A DNA stretch of 64,000 bases from a virus, in IMG/VR virus record IMGVR_UViG_3300042558_005069, positions 40,100-104,099 of that record. One strand, given 5' to 3'. This document shows positions 43,501-51,265 of this stretch, in pieces (position 1 is the first letter of the stretch; every line of letters begins with the position of its first letter). The notes beneath the pieces were generated by a model. The model was not told the DNA's origin. It searched no databases and worked only from the letters and a program-made list of their open reading frames with translations. Both the position numbers and the translations under genes were made by a program.

Positions 43501-44159
43501 GTCACAGAGACTTGATTTCCAAGAACTTTTTGCAATTCTATTTCTAGCTCATCGCTCATGGATGGACGTTGCTGAACCATAGGGCCGGAAGGGCTCTCGA
43601 CGTCGTAAGTTCCTGGCATCCCTGCTTTTACCGAAATAGTGCCTGTTAGTTGATTTGCTCCGTGGAGAACTGGGCTAACTTCGTAGAGTTCAAGCTCGTA
43701 GATTACGTTTGCTTGAGATTTTTGGTCAAATTGAGCTCTAAGAGTTTTGTAGCCTATTGACCACTCTTGGTCTTCGCCAAAAAAAGCAACATTAGCGAAT
43801 GCTTCTTTGCCCTTTTCTGAATTTAAATTAAACTGGACACGGGCAAAAAGTCCTCCTATGCCAGCCATTTTCATTTTCATTGGCAGTCTTGGATCGGTGG
43901 ACGGAACTTCGTATATCTCTAGAACTTTGCCAATCGGGTCATTCCAGTTATGACCCCACACCACACGAGGCTTGCGCCGCATCAGGCTTTTGGTAAATGC
44001 TCCGCTCTGAACGATATCGCCAACAGAATCTTTGTTCCCTATTCCGGAAACGAAGCACTCGACCATGCCTTGAGCCTCGTCAAGATTCAGTACGCCGGAT
44101 TTTCCGTTGACAACGGACGACATTGAACCAGCTTTATATTCAAAAGAATTTCCGGACAT
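34536..44159 (-). CDS. Prohead protease-polyvalent fusion, polyprotein C (3207 aa): HK97 protease, HiPIP-like, ArdC, SF1 helicase, unknown C-terminal domain
   Basis: Protease: DSVGDIVQSGAF, WGHNWNDPIG, EWSIGY, LYEVSPVLHGAN. ArdC: WNMPW...YQGTN...LLHEMTHWTGH...YAFEELIAE. Helicase: AAAGSGKTT, DEAQD, GDDRQQI, LTQSFRF, VVVTRA. FSSG/FASG at 41991, 40869, 40695 and 36420. Confidence 0.92.
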   Translation of the reverse strand: MSGNSFEYKAGSMSSVVNGKSGVLNLDEAQGMVECFVSGIGNKDSVGDIVQSGAFTKSLMRRKPRVVWGHNWNDPIGKVLEIYEVPSTDPRLPMKMKMAGIGGLFARVQFNLNSEKGKEAFANVAFFGEDQEWSIGYKTLRAQFDQKSQANVIYELELYEVSPVLHGANQLTGTISVKAGMPGTYDVESPSGPMVQQRPSMSDELEIELQKVLGNQVSVTEVDEDNGMVSFNRTDQSNSMEKYKCHFSRGGNGRFMFGAPERIVIVAKPQTSPPVMPVGGLPPVDPQRVVRPSQMPSIPIAIKPGPNGMTVVPLPAVQYEGQSRKPISADDLDQEESDLRDALLKIVKRHGKINEDSDGIWAGYKPAAQNPVAGIGVKCSNCVFYNKDNSCQIIDMAIEPEGKCRFAIIPPGVVKGDFMAKKEYEFETEDNENEYIADFEFKYPGELFIAGLRGIVKRKRRKKRKFKHLAEFGTFEDSFEPEKPYFLPVSTDYAFHVKQALDPVFDYHKVDTYVDPEGIVITNGVSYELIDAIDTALDNLKKKSLISDDLEFKVSAYRLGRAIGSRANNKPGIGGARSAGRFFSTPNAENFDPRTAIDRNLNGIVGEGIFLRGTSLEQPDPTPDGPGSINNPKVPGKIEAPERSSVAGTEARPLGSGSREIVTAKPKKEISRSMSAARKQAQAKNKNYLDFLRKRESDKTIDERFKFDGFFNQVSSTGKFSSGGDGNNSLKPGDIVDTATAEGRAVIDEYYAQIGKQILEMLQEAVNNPEKFKWNMPWREGEHNPRNPTKKNQGQKSWSYQGTNRMLLNSIAVSRGYETNKWAGISQWKKFKGKASPNARPVNILVPILGSDPRQYKVEEVYNVADIDGLPPEMYKPEIDLENLSPKARVKNAEAIVKELNPRLRESNVGGPFFSPNGDFINMPPFETFNDAESYYSTLLHEMTHWTGHPSRNNRPQVAKYGSPAYAFEELIAEVGSSFLLGMLGISPMVREDHIGYLKFWAEKIRNDPNAIKTAMGQAQQAVDWMLNRSKTLRRLSGMEDNERKAKKSSRDTVPLSMLEGYEDSPKVPTSRPISGPMGDIDLIDRADNIDKRFSSGIPFLDKEDDVTDTSDLSSSKDRRKYGSQSKEERMYGDIASVSDSQGRALTLDGRFASGGNPINARSGSKKRPVRRTPASTDVKSLLNLLVPPTDEQRDIIDLGLAAVYGQEKLVIGVDAAAGSGKTTTMKMLAAAINAEFSVDDILQRFAGDAVTRKQQLLKKANYLAAKYPAKGFEDVDVFWPESTDEKTLIQAIRELGESRGVTEDNKPTIYYTVFGKENRLEAAESFPGNTGIGTTTQLAYWSLRQGIAENDSPENRILNAPSMRRKIELLTDYARRRSFKNRNQPITVDGYDQARRQHDSESMQFIGYRPNYKDLGYSTVETGKDMLAFLEKAGVSLPRRTISVTRGKGKKAKTKNIEVYDVPFTMPDGNNWIEVDFFGEYLAMAFRRWSLSSNPEVTKDVFNLSFREQTDTMTGRFSTKKAQKKTQAIDEQLQNVPDKLMDEWLSYVKKAADELVDGNGMLLPTQGQLPKLLLLADPDLSTNPGALGHGSKDSLANEKIPAQFNIRRGDVVYYGKNNKFYDEVIDPQTGRISSIRQWDKSEGEPWVVVSIDGSRGKLKKQYASKEKPISLFAIDEAQDLNEVWEELLNRNKERVSTIAVGDDRQQILGFNGSKNIMQSISPDFVPKLTQSFRFGSLLGYMATLILGRENKLLQDLLDEGKPLTAEQWKYVEGAADTAAKRHIENIFSFVKAGDFGAANSVNDTVKRLYGVSFDSYLNGENFAGMTPKARAKALTELRKEIDDAKTKIAKALSTRVVDEKEEVYFGNLPDMALSRGKVQTVHLAVQTWKDLFLESAVFLGGRIDNPETLRDSQNLTQNEFDQLVKPLSSKDKPQIMLTQSAWQEAVDFFQHIDWAEKTAAGLNPGRKPEKSPLIGDYWDMATIRERFKLKSKSPGNSLYQLLFQPVDGQPAGSQTMFASQMLVSLRGGGVVLADGTKSHRSSSIRPMRDSLDLGLMEFEEKTLSQILSSTDRSSKSSDVNAATKIFVVQPDAKGTKDAVYFELEYDFKDGQDAINPDDFQVIVEKIPDQPGERLRVTSKWTKADGTPKFETIAEFGEAETVEELEKIAFRRMRNKLVMTATAGRSNTGTDPRETFYATKQFKWTGKLILSGDGVDTGRPQAVYADPNKYPDTSGRNFDGAYLSDTLGILDRLGLQSRTRLSFGVGPKVSRAKGRDYDGFVIDAKDDPEEATRIINLIGDAVRKSAKKRGGDVVIQTGTTAKGKEGKFVLVLDDFTDPDDDLNVDILEAAKRNGSGPPGWIEEMNLQHVVVTRAMRAISLSPRMWMAHFAEGQKRKEIADLIRDGVERKILPEDFDRESELSLDKLPKVYREIEEYAAEGKDLTDFNASRRSVLSLPDDELIAEMRRIGVPDVATQGFIKRRKEVMDEFADANVSEETLRDASVRIMRERAREIIDGPMFDPAAQFPEGEDDGRGISDEDLTVDDADNVLDELDEISTIEAEDDDDDDFDEDFDAGFSSGAEPSETSEEAPDVAKGSSRASKITGTPEGRFGRRVSRFENRAGMQQRLSALELAGIRTDVRIDPQDRDRVTRYAMQFWNAFNQTGIALDMPADQNSTSKNDRAKKINDNIIKVGERMRARKQSDGSRVVKIGKTTDNFANNDPSGDSWMLSISKLLDTVRIPTGWRRQEDISRGTITSELQGEEVVDVATPKVGVYWTQSEPLTIPKLAKLLGLNVTEEAKLKGDTAALTHDTVRYLLAEIGSQPEFSGWRLFSPVSDMEAEEEGMNAIERLVENTGRANMRDRFIIETFGADAYPYWHDRGDFIGGIAEEEIYGSGKMLTAEEFDDLEDGARRFNAVGKFENSPAARDDSEAEVELSYQGTMGEAFEALPPDIASNARRGKGSRVQRADFTLSQLLDHLGISEDEWPKQLKPILEKAFGEDLDAELDPDDVKKVDAELDPDDVKKVDVGLGEDAVKEWKKDGVPIAYIAEMIRTGVIPNARDVFGVNKAGQKLDEELLASKANVYEALTEFIDRSFPGSSLNSVQSRQFIINSREMGTVLQAAAKRRGKTFSKRLGDVPRFSRSELQEFVDQFNKIFGTNHTIEDIFSGEQLRNAQTRLREGTTVYKPSAPGRKGKRKTSPEIINK
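35075..35152 (-). repeat. Perfect in-frame 36-nt tandem duplication (DAELDPDDVKKV x2)
   Basis: cgtctaccttcttcacgtcgtctggatcaagttcgg twice plus a 6-nt partial copy. Confidence 0.95.
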
Positions 44160-44255
44160 TTAAGCACCTTTTCTCGTCTAATGAGATGATAGGTTAAATT
44201 GCTAATCTGAAACGGAAAGTATTGTTATATTTTTTAAAGAAATAATATAAAGAAA

Positions 44256-46358
44256 CTATACTGTTTGAGCAAAAAGCCAGACCGATCGAGCTTCTGATTC
44301 AGCTATCTCAAACTGATCATGAGCAAGAAGGTTGGCATACATCTCTCCAATTCCTTGCCTAAACGCTCTGAGTCTTTCTTCTTCGTTTGAAAAATCAAAA
44401 GACTTAATCATCAGATTGTATATTTCTGAAGATATATCGCTGTTAAGAGATTTTATTTTCATCAGGTGAGACTCGATAGTTTTTACAACATCAATTGTCG
44501 GAATGGACTTAACTTTAATCCCATTTTCTGATTTAAATTCTTTTCGTGAATCGAAAGAATCATTAATGATCGATGTGAGCACGGGCTTTATGTCGTCTTC
44601 CATCTGTCTATTCCAAACATCAACAGCCAGTACCTGCTCAATATCGAGAGTCCCAGCAGAAAGGGCTTTTTTGGCTTTTGCTCCAGAAGATTTCTCCATG
44701 ACAACTCTTTGCTGACGCTCTAGCAGTCTTTCGATACTGCGAGCTAGTATCTCCGACCATCTCTCGATGGCTGTTTGACATTTTTCATCGTATGTCTCGC
44801 TGAGCGATTTTGTCTCGATGGAGGCTTGACGTTCCCCCGCTGTTGCCATTTGCTGCTGCGGCATCCCCTGCGTGATTGCTTCCGATGGGATTGTAGTCTG
44901 AGCCAAATCGCCAGCTGGAGGAGTTGCCTGCCCGGCCATGGATTCGGCGATTGCCCCTTGCATAGTGTTTGGATCGAGCGGAGGAGGTGCTCCTTCCATC
45001 CCTGGCTGTCCTGGCATACCTGGGGGCATCCCTGGCATACCTGGGGGCATACCTGGCATACCTGGGGGCTGTCCTGGCATACCTTGCTGCTCCCCCATCA
45101 TCGCCTGATTTTCTTCCATTTTTTTCTTTGTGTTGGCAATTGGAATAAGATTTGGATTCATAAGCAAAGAGTCAGCGAGGTCTGCTTCTACTTCTTTTCT
45201 TGAAGAGCCGGTCCGGTATTCGTTTGCACTGATTAATCCAGTCTGAAATTCCTGGAGCAAATACCTGTCTCGCTCCTGCTTGTAGAGCATTAGGATTGGA
45301 ACTTCGGAGGTGTCGAAGTCTAAATAGTACTTATCGTCTAACTCGTCTAGCCCCCGAGCGAGTGGCTCTAAATGTGGAAGCATTGTTTCCATCCAGAAAA
45401 CACGGATTTCTTCTGCGGCATTGCTAAAAGTACGACCGGACGCATTTCCGATAACAGACTCAGGAACTCCGAAAGCTGAAAGAATTTCTTCTTTTGTTAT
45501 TTGTCGCATTTGTATGTATGCGGCGTCTCTGGGACTTGCAGATGTGTCGACAAAATCAACACCATCGTCTGATGAGATTACGGTTGTGTGACCGGCTTTA
45601 GACAAGTTTCCCCTAAATCTATTACGTAGCTCTTCTTTGTCATCGTCATCTATTTCTCCTCTTACTACGAGAAGACCGCCAGGTCTTCCATCGTTAAGTA
45701 AATAGTTCCTATTGTAAAGTTTTGCTAAGTTTTCTATTTCTATTGCCACCCCAGAAGCTTCAAGTGGAGTCAGTGAAAGATAAGGGTCAAGGGGGTGAGG
45801 TCTACGAATCCAGCAGACGTCGTCTGGCTTCATAATAACCTTGTCTCCGGTTGGCATCATGACTTCATAGCCTGAAACAAAAGTTTTTGGGTGAGGAATC
45901 GGAGATGTGGATTGTGGCGGAAGAAGGTTTAGGGCGACAATTCCTCCATCGCGGCCACGAATTTTCTCTATAAACGCTCCTCGCGTTCCGAGAAGAAGCT
46001 GAGCTGAAAGCCTGTATCTGAAAATAAAAGAGTTTTCGCCTATGTTTGATTTTGTGTTCAGAAGCTCAAGGAGGGTTGATCTTTTGGCTTCTCTGCCAAC
46101 AACCAGTTCACCCATATTGGAGTTATCTTTACGCAAAACTATAGGTAGTCGCGCTTGGTTTCCTGCGATCGCATCAATGCATCGATTAACCCAGGTTATC
46201 TTAGACATTCCCTCGCGGTATGCGCGCTCTATGTCCCACGAGTCCCTGTATGGCTTTCCTGCAAATGAGGGATTCATCGAAACGGGAGCGCCGTATACAC
46301 CTAACTCTTTAGAGCTAGTGCTTTTAATTGATTTGTTTTGTGGTGTATTCCAGCCCAT
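44256..46358 (-). CDS. Portal protein (HK97 family) with Pro/Gly/Met-rich linker and C-terminal extension
   Basis: WVNRCIDAIA, LLLGTRGAF, LSLTPLEA, NDGRPGGLL, EILSAFGVP, GLISANEYR; extension ends IAESEARSVW, possibly a MuF remnant. Confidence 0.92.
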   Translation of the reverse strand: MGWNTPQNKSIKSTSSKELGVYGAPVSMNPSFAGKPYRDSWDIERAYREGMSKITWVNRCIDAIAGNQARLPIVLRKDNSNMGELVVGREAKRSTLLELLNTKSNIGENSFIFRYRLSAQLLLGTRGAFIEKIRGRDGGIVALNLLPPQSTSPIPHPKTFVSGYEVMMPTGDKVIMKPDDVCWIRRPHPLDPYLSLTPLEASGVAIEIENLAKLYNRNYLLNDGRPGGLLVVRGEIDDDDKEELRNRFRGNLSKAGHTTVISSDDGVDFVDTSASPRDAAYIQMRQITKEEILSAFGVPESVIGNASGRTFSNAAEEIRVFWMETMLPHLEPLARGLDELDDKYYLDFDTSEVPILMLYKQERDRYLLQEFQTGLISANEYRTGSSRKEVEADLADSLLMNPNLIPIANTKKKMEENQAMMGEQQGMPGQPPGMPGMPPGMPGMPPGMPGQPGMEGAPPPLDPNTMQGAIAESMAGQATPPAGDLAQTTIPSEAITQGMPQQQMATAGERQASIETKSLSETYDEKCQTAIERWSEILARSIERLLERQQRVVMEKSSGAKAKKALSAGTLDIEQVLAVDVWNRQMEDDIKPVLTSIINDSFDSRKEFKSENGIKVKSIPTIDVVKTIESHLMKIKSLNSDISSEIYNLMIKSFDFSNEEERLRAFRQGIGEMYANLLAHDQFEIAESEARSVWLFAQTV
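44998..45085 (-). repeat. MPG(M/Q)PPG coding repeats in the portal
   Basis: Imperfect 21-nt units (cctggcatacctgggggcat...). Confidence 0.85.
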
Positions 46359-46366
46359 AATTTTAT

Positions 46367-46585
46367 TTACTCAAGCCCCAAGATGAATCCAAAAAGTCCG
46401 CAACCTATACCCGCAACCACTATTCCAGCCGGTGGGAATATTAAGCCAACACCAATACTAGTAAGTATTATAAATGACAACATAAATACATAAGCGAAGG
46501 TAGTGCGATTTAGCTTTATTCTTTGCTGAATCGCTAATCGCCAATTATTCTGTCGTTGTTTCTTTTTTTTGTCCTGCACTGGCAT
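46367..46585 (-). CDS. Small two-TM membrane protein upstream of the portal
   Basis: Basic N-terminus followed by two hydrophobic segments. Confidence 0.65.
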   Translation of the reverse strand: MPVQDKKKKQRQNNWRLAIQQRIKLNRTTFAYVFMLSFIILTSIGVGLIFPPAGIVVAGIGCGLFGFILGLE

Positions 46586-46639
46586 ATAACATACAGTAGC
46601 GCACAATTTTGTCGCAGGAACAACTAAAGGTCTTTTACA

Positions 46640-47953
46640 ATGGATAATAAACCCAATTGGGCGGAGGTCCTCGAATACCTTCAACCTAAGGAACCTCCAT
46701 TTTGCCCCGAGGAACCCTCTATTAACCAAAAAGTATTTCTTCGCACGAACGCTCTAGAAGCGTTGTTCGGGGGAGCGGCTGGCGGTGGAAAAAGTTCAGC
46801 ATTGCTAATGGCAGCATTGCAGTACGTTGACGTACCTGGATATTCTGCACTTCTTTGCCGTCGTACATTTGCCGACTTATCGCTCCCTGGAGCATTGATG
46901 GACCGTTTTAAGTCATGGATGAGCAACTATGACGATATCCATTGGAATAACAACACTTTTATTGCTACGTTTCCATCGGGAGCAAGAATATCCTTCGGTT
47001 ACCTCAATAATGTCAACGATTATCTTAGATATAAGGGTTCGGAATTTCAGTTCATAGGGATGGACGAAGTTACGGAAATACGTGAATCTGACTACAGGTA
47101 TTTGTTTTCTCGCCTCCGTCGCCCAGCTAACGGTCCAGTTTCGCAAGTCCCACTAAGAATGCGATGTGCGTCAAACCCTGCTCCAAACTGGGTGCGTCAA
47201 AGATTTATAGTTGAAGGAAAAGAAACAAATAGAATTTTTGTACCCTCTACGCTGAAGGACAACCCAGGAATTGACGCCGACTCGTACAGGCAGTCATTGT
47301 CCGCACTCGACCCCGTTGAGCGGCGAAGACTGGAAGAAGGAGACTGGTGGTCTACGACTCTTGGCACAATGTTTGACAGAACATCATTTGAGATAATAGA
47401 CCCAATTGACATCCCGATAATAACCAGCGCAGCAAGAGTGGTTCGTTTTTGGGACCTTGCAGCTACGGAACCAAGTGCCTCAAACCCTGACCCAGACTGG
47501 ACTGTCGGCACTTTAATGCTTTTCAATGGCGGCGTAGCTTATGTTTTGGACGTAAGGAGAGCAAGAGTTCGGGGAGAAAAAGTAGAACAATTAATTTCTC
47601 AGACATCAATAGAAGATGGGCATGGGGTAGCGATACGCATGGAACAAGAACCAGGCTCCTCCGGAAAAGCATTGCTGGATCAATACGCTAGATACGTAGT
47701 TCCTGGCTACGATTTCGGCGCTGTACGCGCTACGGGGGACAAAGTGACCCGCGCTAGACCATTCGCTGCAGCGGTAGCCAATGGAAACGTTCGGTTAGTT
47801 CGAGGTCCGTGGATAACTGGATGGCTTGATGAATTTGCCTCTTTCCCGGAAGCCTGCGACCACGACGACCAAGTCGACTCGGCTGTTGGAGCATTTACTC
47901 ATTTAACGGGCCTTGGGTTGCCACAGAGAAAACGAGCATCTATACTCATCTAG
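46640..47953 (+). CDS. terL: Terminase large subunit
   Basis: GGAAGGGKS Walker A, GMDEVT Walker B, ASNP, FWDLAA and HDDQVDS nuclease motifs. Confidence 0.95.
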   Translation: MDNKPNWAEVLEYLQPKEPPFCPEEPSINQKVFLRTNALEALFGGAAGGGKSSALLMAALQYVDVPGYSALLCRRTFADLSLPGALMDRFKSWMSNYDDIHWNNNTFIATFPSGARISFGYLNNVNDYLRYKGSEFQFIGMDEVTEIRESDYRYLFSRLRRPANGPVSQVPLRMRCASNPAPNWVRQRFIVEGKETNRIFVPSTLKDNPGIDADSYRQSLSALDPVERRRLEEGDWWSTTLGTMFDRTSFEIIDPIDIPIITSAARVVRFWDLAATEPSASNPDPDWTVGTLMLFNGGVAYVLDVRRARVRGEKVEQLISQTSIEDGHGVAIRMEQEPGSSGKALLDQYARYVVPGYDFGAVRATGDKVTRARPFAAAVANGNVRLVRGPWITGWLDEFASFPEACDHDDQVDSAVGAFTHLTGLGLPQRKRASILI

Positions 47954-47979
47954 CAAATAACTAAACAAAAGGGGTATTA

Positions 47980-48471
47980 ATGCTAGATAAAATAAAAACT
48001 TTACAAAAAGAGCTTGTAAATCTCGACAATGAACTTCAAGATTTTCTGAAAACAGCAACAACGCCAGAAGAAGCTTGCTTAATTTTGTCAGAGATTAATT
48101 TTCTTAAACGTGATCTTTCCATTGTCTACGATGGGTACTGCGCCGGAGTGCTTCAACTTATGGGAGAGAGCGACGGCTATACGCTTGAGAACGGTGCGGA
48201 GATTGAAAGAAAATCAGGCTACGACAGAAAAGCTTGGAAACACAAGGATCTCGGCGCTGAAGTTGTCGATAAACTAATCTCCATGTCTGTTGACATGGAC
48301 ACTGGGGAAGTGACAAAATCTACCAGACAAATAGCATTAGAAATTCTCGACTACTGCGCCCCCTCGTACTGGAGGATTAAAGAATTGGGCAAAATTGGCG
48401 TGAACCCAGACAACTACTGTGAAGTAGGCGAGCTCAAAACCAGTCTCATCGTTCGTAAATCAAAAAACTAG
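47980..48471 (+). CDS. Hypothetical protein
   Basis: 163 aa with RBS; contains VDMDTGEV. Confidence 0.7.
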   Translation: MLDKIKTLQKELVNLDNELQDFLKTATTPEEACLILSEINFLKRDLSIVYDGYCAGVLQLMGESDGYTLENGAEIERKSGYDRKAWKHKDLGAEVVDKLISMSVDMDTGEVTKSTRQIALEILDYCAPSYWRIKELGKIGVNPDNYCEVGELKTSLIVRKSKN

Positions 48472-48493
48472 AAACAGAACAAGGAAAATAAAA

Positions 48494-49195
48494 ATGGAAA
48501 TTAATGTAACTGAAATGTCCGCTGCCCTTAGTGCTCAATTTCCTCAGGAAATGGAACGAGTTATTGTAAAAAGCGGGGTCGAACTAATTTACCTCCCTAT
48601 CAGCGAAGTTATTAACAGACTAAACAAAGTAATCGGTGTTGATAATTGGTCCTTTCAAGTCATCTCGGTTGAGCGTGACTCCGTAGACCAAGACGAGATC
48701 ATCGCCCACGTCAGCTTGACAGCGGTTATTGATAATAAAAAAGTTGTTAAACATGGCGTTGGTGGACAGCAGGTAAAACGTTCCAAGAAAGATGGTCGAG
48801 TAATTGACTTGGGGAATGACTTCAAGGGTGCCGTATCGGATGCGCAAAAAAAAGCAGCGCAACAACTAGGAATTGGGCTATATCTAGCTCGTTCTGCTGA
48901 CGCCCTTGATGCGGAAGAAGCAATAGAAGCCCACGTCGCCCCTGAGATCTCTAGCTCTAAACCAGTCTCGTCAGAAGTTGACGAAAGATGGGAAGCATTT
49001 GTCGAGATCGTTGGTGGGTTGACAAAAGAACAAAAAGATCAGCTCAACACATTTTGGGCAGAACATGCAGGGGGCCGCGCAAAGCCAACCAAGGCAAGTG
49101 CCACTCTGGAAGATCTTGAACCACTTACCGTAGAAGCACTTCGTCTTCGTTTTGGTGGTTCTTATGTCAACAATGCGACTAGCAGCCCTGCATGA
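48494..49195 (+). CDS. Sak/Rad52-family single-strand annealing protein
   Basis: YLPISEVINRLNKVIGVDNW...KGAVSDAQKKAAQQLGIGLYL. Confidence 0.88.
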   Translation: MEINVTEMSAALSAQFPQEMERVIVKSGVELIYLPISEVINRLNKVIGVDNWSFQVISVERDSVDQDEIIAHVSLTAVIDNKKVVKHGVGGQQVKRSKKDGRVIDLGNDFKGAVSDAQKKAAQQLGIGLYLARSADALDAEEAIEAHVAPEISSSKPVSSEVDERWEAFVEIVGGLTKEQKDQLNTFWAEHAGGRAKPTKASATLEDLEPLTVEALRLRFGGSYVNNATSSPA

Positions 49196-49965
49196 GCGAT
49201 AAAGAACTCATAGCTCCAGAATATTTATCACCATCCTCTGTCTCAACATTTAATCAATGTCCACTTAAGTTCAAATACAGTAAAATCGATGGCCTTCAGG
49301 ACTCCGGAACAGAAGCAACAATGCTTGGTAACTTCGTTCATGAAGTTCTTGAAGCAATGTACGGGTTGGCTCCTGATTTAAGAACACAAGAAACTGCAAA
49401 GGTTCTTGCTCGGGAGTTGTGGGCTTCAAAATGGAGCGACGAAATATCAACCTTAATTCACGACGAAAAGAATCTAAATCGCTTCCGCTGGACCGCATGG
49501 TGGTGTATCGAAAATCTTTGGCGCTTAGAGGATCCAGCCTTAGTTATTCCCCACTCTGTTGAATCTCACGTTAGAGGAGAGATTGGCGGAGTAAAAATAC
49601 ACGGCTTCATAGATCGTCTCGCTTTTGAAAACGACACAGCAACCGTAACTGACTACAAAACTGGCAAGACCCCTCGCAAAGGGGATCTAAATGACAGATT
49701 TTTTCAGCTAATAATTTACACACAGCTACTTGAAAGCGTTGACATATTTGCTGCAAATAATTTAGTAGAGCTACTTTATCTCAAAGATGGGATCCGCTTC
49801 CAAAAAGAGATAAATAAAGAAGATATAAATCAGATTACCGAAAAGCTTCAGTCCACTAGGGTTGGCATTGAAGAAAGATGCAAGGCTGGGTACTTTGAGC
49901 CTTCAACTTCATTTTTGTGCAATTGGTGTGGATTCAAGCCTATCTGCCCAGCCTGGAAACGATAA
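49192..49965 (+). CDS. RecB-like PD-(D/E)xK exonuclease (Cas4-like Cys pattern)
   Basis: LSPSS...CP, GNFVH, GFIDR, DYKTG, QLIIY, CNWCGFKPIC. Confidence 0.9.
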   Translation: MSDKELIAPEYLSPSSVSTFNQCPLKFKYSKIDGLQDSGTEATMLGNFVHEVLEAMYGLAPDLRTQETAKVLARELWASKWSDEISTLIHDEKNLNRFRWTAWWCIENLWRLEDPALVIPHSVESHVRGEIGGVKIHGFIDRLAFENDTATVTDYKTGKTPRKGDLNDRFFQLIIYTQLLESVDIFAANNLVELLYLKDGIRFQKEINKEDINQITEKLQSTRVGIEERCKAGYFEPSTSFLCNWCGFKPICPAWKR

Positions 49966-49967
49966 AA

Positions 49968-50501
49968 ATGCAACAACAAGAAAGATTCAAAATGAAAGTA
50001 AATGACGACGCCTTTGCTCGCATGGTTGCCGAAGAAGTAAAAAATAAACTTTCCCCTCTCCATAAAAGCGAATTAATGAAAGAGGAGAACTGGCATTTGT
50101 GGCAAGCAGCGCTTATTGCTCTTTCTGAAAACCTTCAAAGTCAAATCTTAACCATTGAATCAGATGCTGAGTCAGATGAAAAAAGGTACTCCTCCCTTGG
50201 GGTTGGCGGTAAAAAACTTTCACATCAGGCCGCCTCTTACTACGGCGACAAAGCAACGCGAATCAAAAGATTCAAGTTTCACGTCGACAAACGATTAGAT
50301 GAAGTATCTTTAATGATTGAAACTGGTCAGGAGATGGAATCAGACGGCTGGGAAAAAGTAGATTTTTTTAGGCGAGCCATAACTAAGCATAGGAGCATGC
50401 TTAGGGAGTACGACATGGAAGATACGGCCATAGATAGATCCCTATGGGCTACACTTGACTACAAGTGGACGTTTGACGCTATTACTGAAGAAGATCTTTA
50501 A
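49968..50501 (+). CDS. Hypothetical protein
   Basis: ATG 2 nt after the upstream stop; helical composition. Confidence 0.7.
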   Translation: MQQQERFKMKVNDDAFARMVAEEVKNKLSPLHKSELMKEENWHLWQAALIALSENLQSQILTIESDAESDEKRYSSLGVGGKKLSHQAASYYGDKATRIKRFKFHVDKRLDEVSLMIETGQEMESDGWEKVDFFRRAITKHRSMLREYDMEDTAIDRSLWATLDYKWTFDAITEEDL

Positions 50502-50561
50502 TAATATTTATTATTATTTATAAATCAAATTTGCGTTCACTTTTAGCAATGGAGATTTATT

Positions 50562-50924
50562 GTGATCAGACGGAACAAACCACTTAAAAATAAAACCGGC
50601 CTAAAACGTCAACAGACCCCAATTGCAAAACGTTCAAAAAAAACTGAAGAAAAATATCTTGAACGTCGCCCTTTTGTTGAGAGAATTCTTAAGGAAAGGC
50701 CACTTTGTGAAGCCTGCAAAGTTTTTGCAAAACATGATGATAAATCTATATACAATCATCATATGAGCAAAGACGTACACGAAATTATTCGTCGGTCGCA
50801 GGGGGGCTCAATCTTGGATGACGATAATGTTCTTGCTGTGTGCAGGCCATGTCACGTCAGAATAGGCAATTATCCTCAGCTTGCGTTTGACCTTGGATTG
50901 GCAAAGCATGGGTGGGAAAAATAA
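50562..50924 (+). CDS. HNH endonuclease-like protein
   Basis: CEAC...VHEIIRRSQGGS...NVLAVCRPCH. Confidence 0.8.
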   Translation: MIRRNKPLKNKTGLKRQQTPIAKRSKKTEEKYLERRPFVERILKERPLCEACKVFAKHDDKSIYNHHMSKDVHEIIRRSQGGSILDDDNVLAVCRPCHVRIGNYPQLAFDLGLAKHGWEK

Positions 50925-51027
50925 TTAGCAGAACTATTACTCTTTTCTGTAAAATGTTTTAACCTAAAATCTTCTTAGGTACCTAATTCAGCGATAACTT
51001 TCGAGAATAGAAAGGTCAGGTGGTCCA

Positions 51028-51081
51028 ATGTCTAGTGGTCTTATCCACGGCAAGGAAGCTGGAGTCGCGTCGAACTCATAG
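51028..51081 (+). CDS. Candidate 17-aa small ORF (MSSGLIHGKEAGVASNS)
   Basis: Strong SD-like GAAAGGTCAGGTGG upstream; followed by a terminator-like hairpin. Confidence 0.35.
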   Translation: MSSGLIHGKEAGVASNS

Positions 51082-51100
51082 TCACAGTCGACTAACGCCC

Positions 51101-51140
51101 ACAACCGCTGGCTCGCTCTGCAGGCCCCAGCGGTTGTTTG
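51101..51140 (+). terminator. Terminator-like hairpin
   Basis: 11-bp perfect stem ACAACCGCTGG/CCAGCGGTTGT followed by TTG. Confidence 0.55.
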
Positions 51141-51208
51141 CTGTCTAGGAATAAAAATTGTTCTAACATATAGTTCTGGGCGCAACCAAAACCTTAGGAT
51201 CGTTACAG

Positions 51209-51248
51209 ATGCAGAAGCCGGGAGATTAATTTCTTCCGGCTTCTGCAT
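51209..51248. terminator. Long hairpin (17 bp with one G-U pair), terminator or ncRNA 3' stem
   Basis: ATGCAGAAGCCGGGAGA-TTAATT-TCTTCCGGCTTCTGCAT. Confidence 0.55.
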
Positions 51249-51265
51249 ATAGTAGGATCGATTTT

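Noticed and set aside
49192-49965. Cas4-like nuclease as part of a CRISPR-Cas system
   Set aside because: No other cas genes or array; it sits beside a Sak/Rad52 annealase, the usual phage recombination pairing.
51028-51039. MSSG at the start of the small ORF as an instance of the polyprotein motif
   Set aside because: Single occurrence with Met in the first position, in an unverified ORF; likely coincidence.
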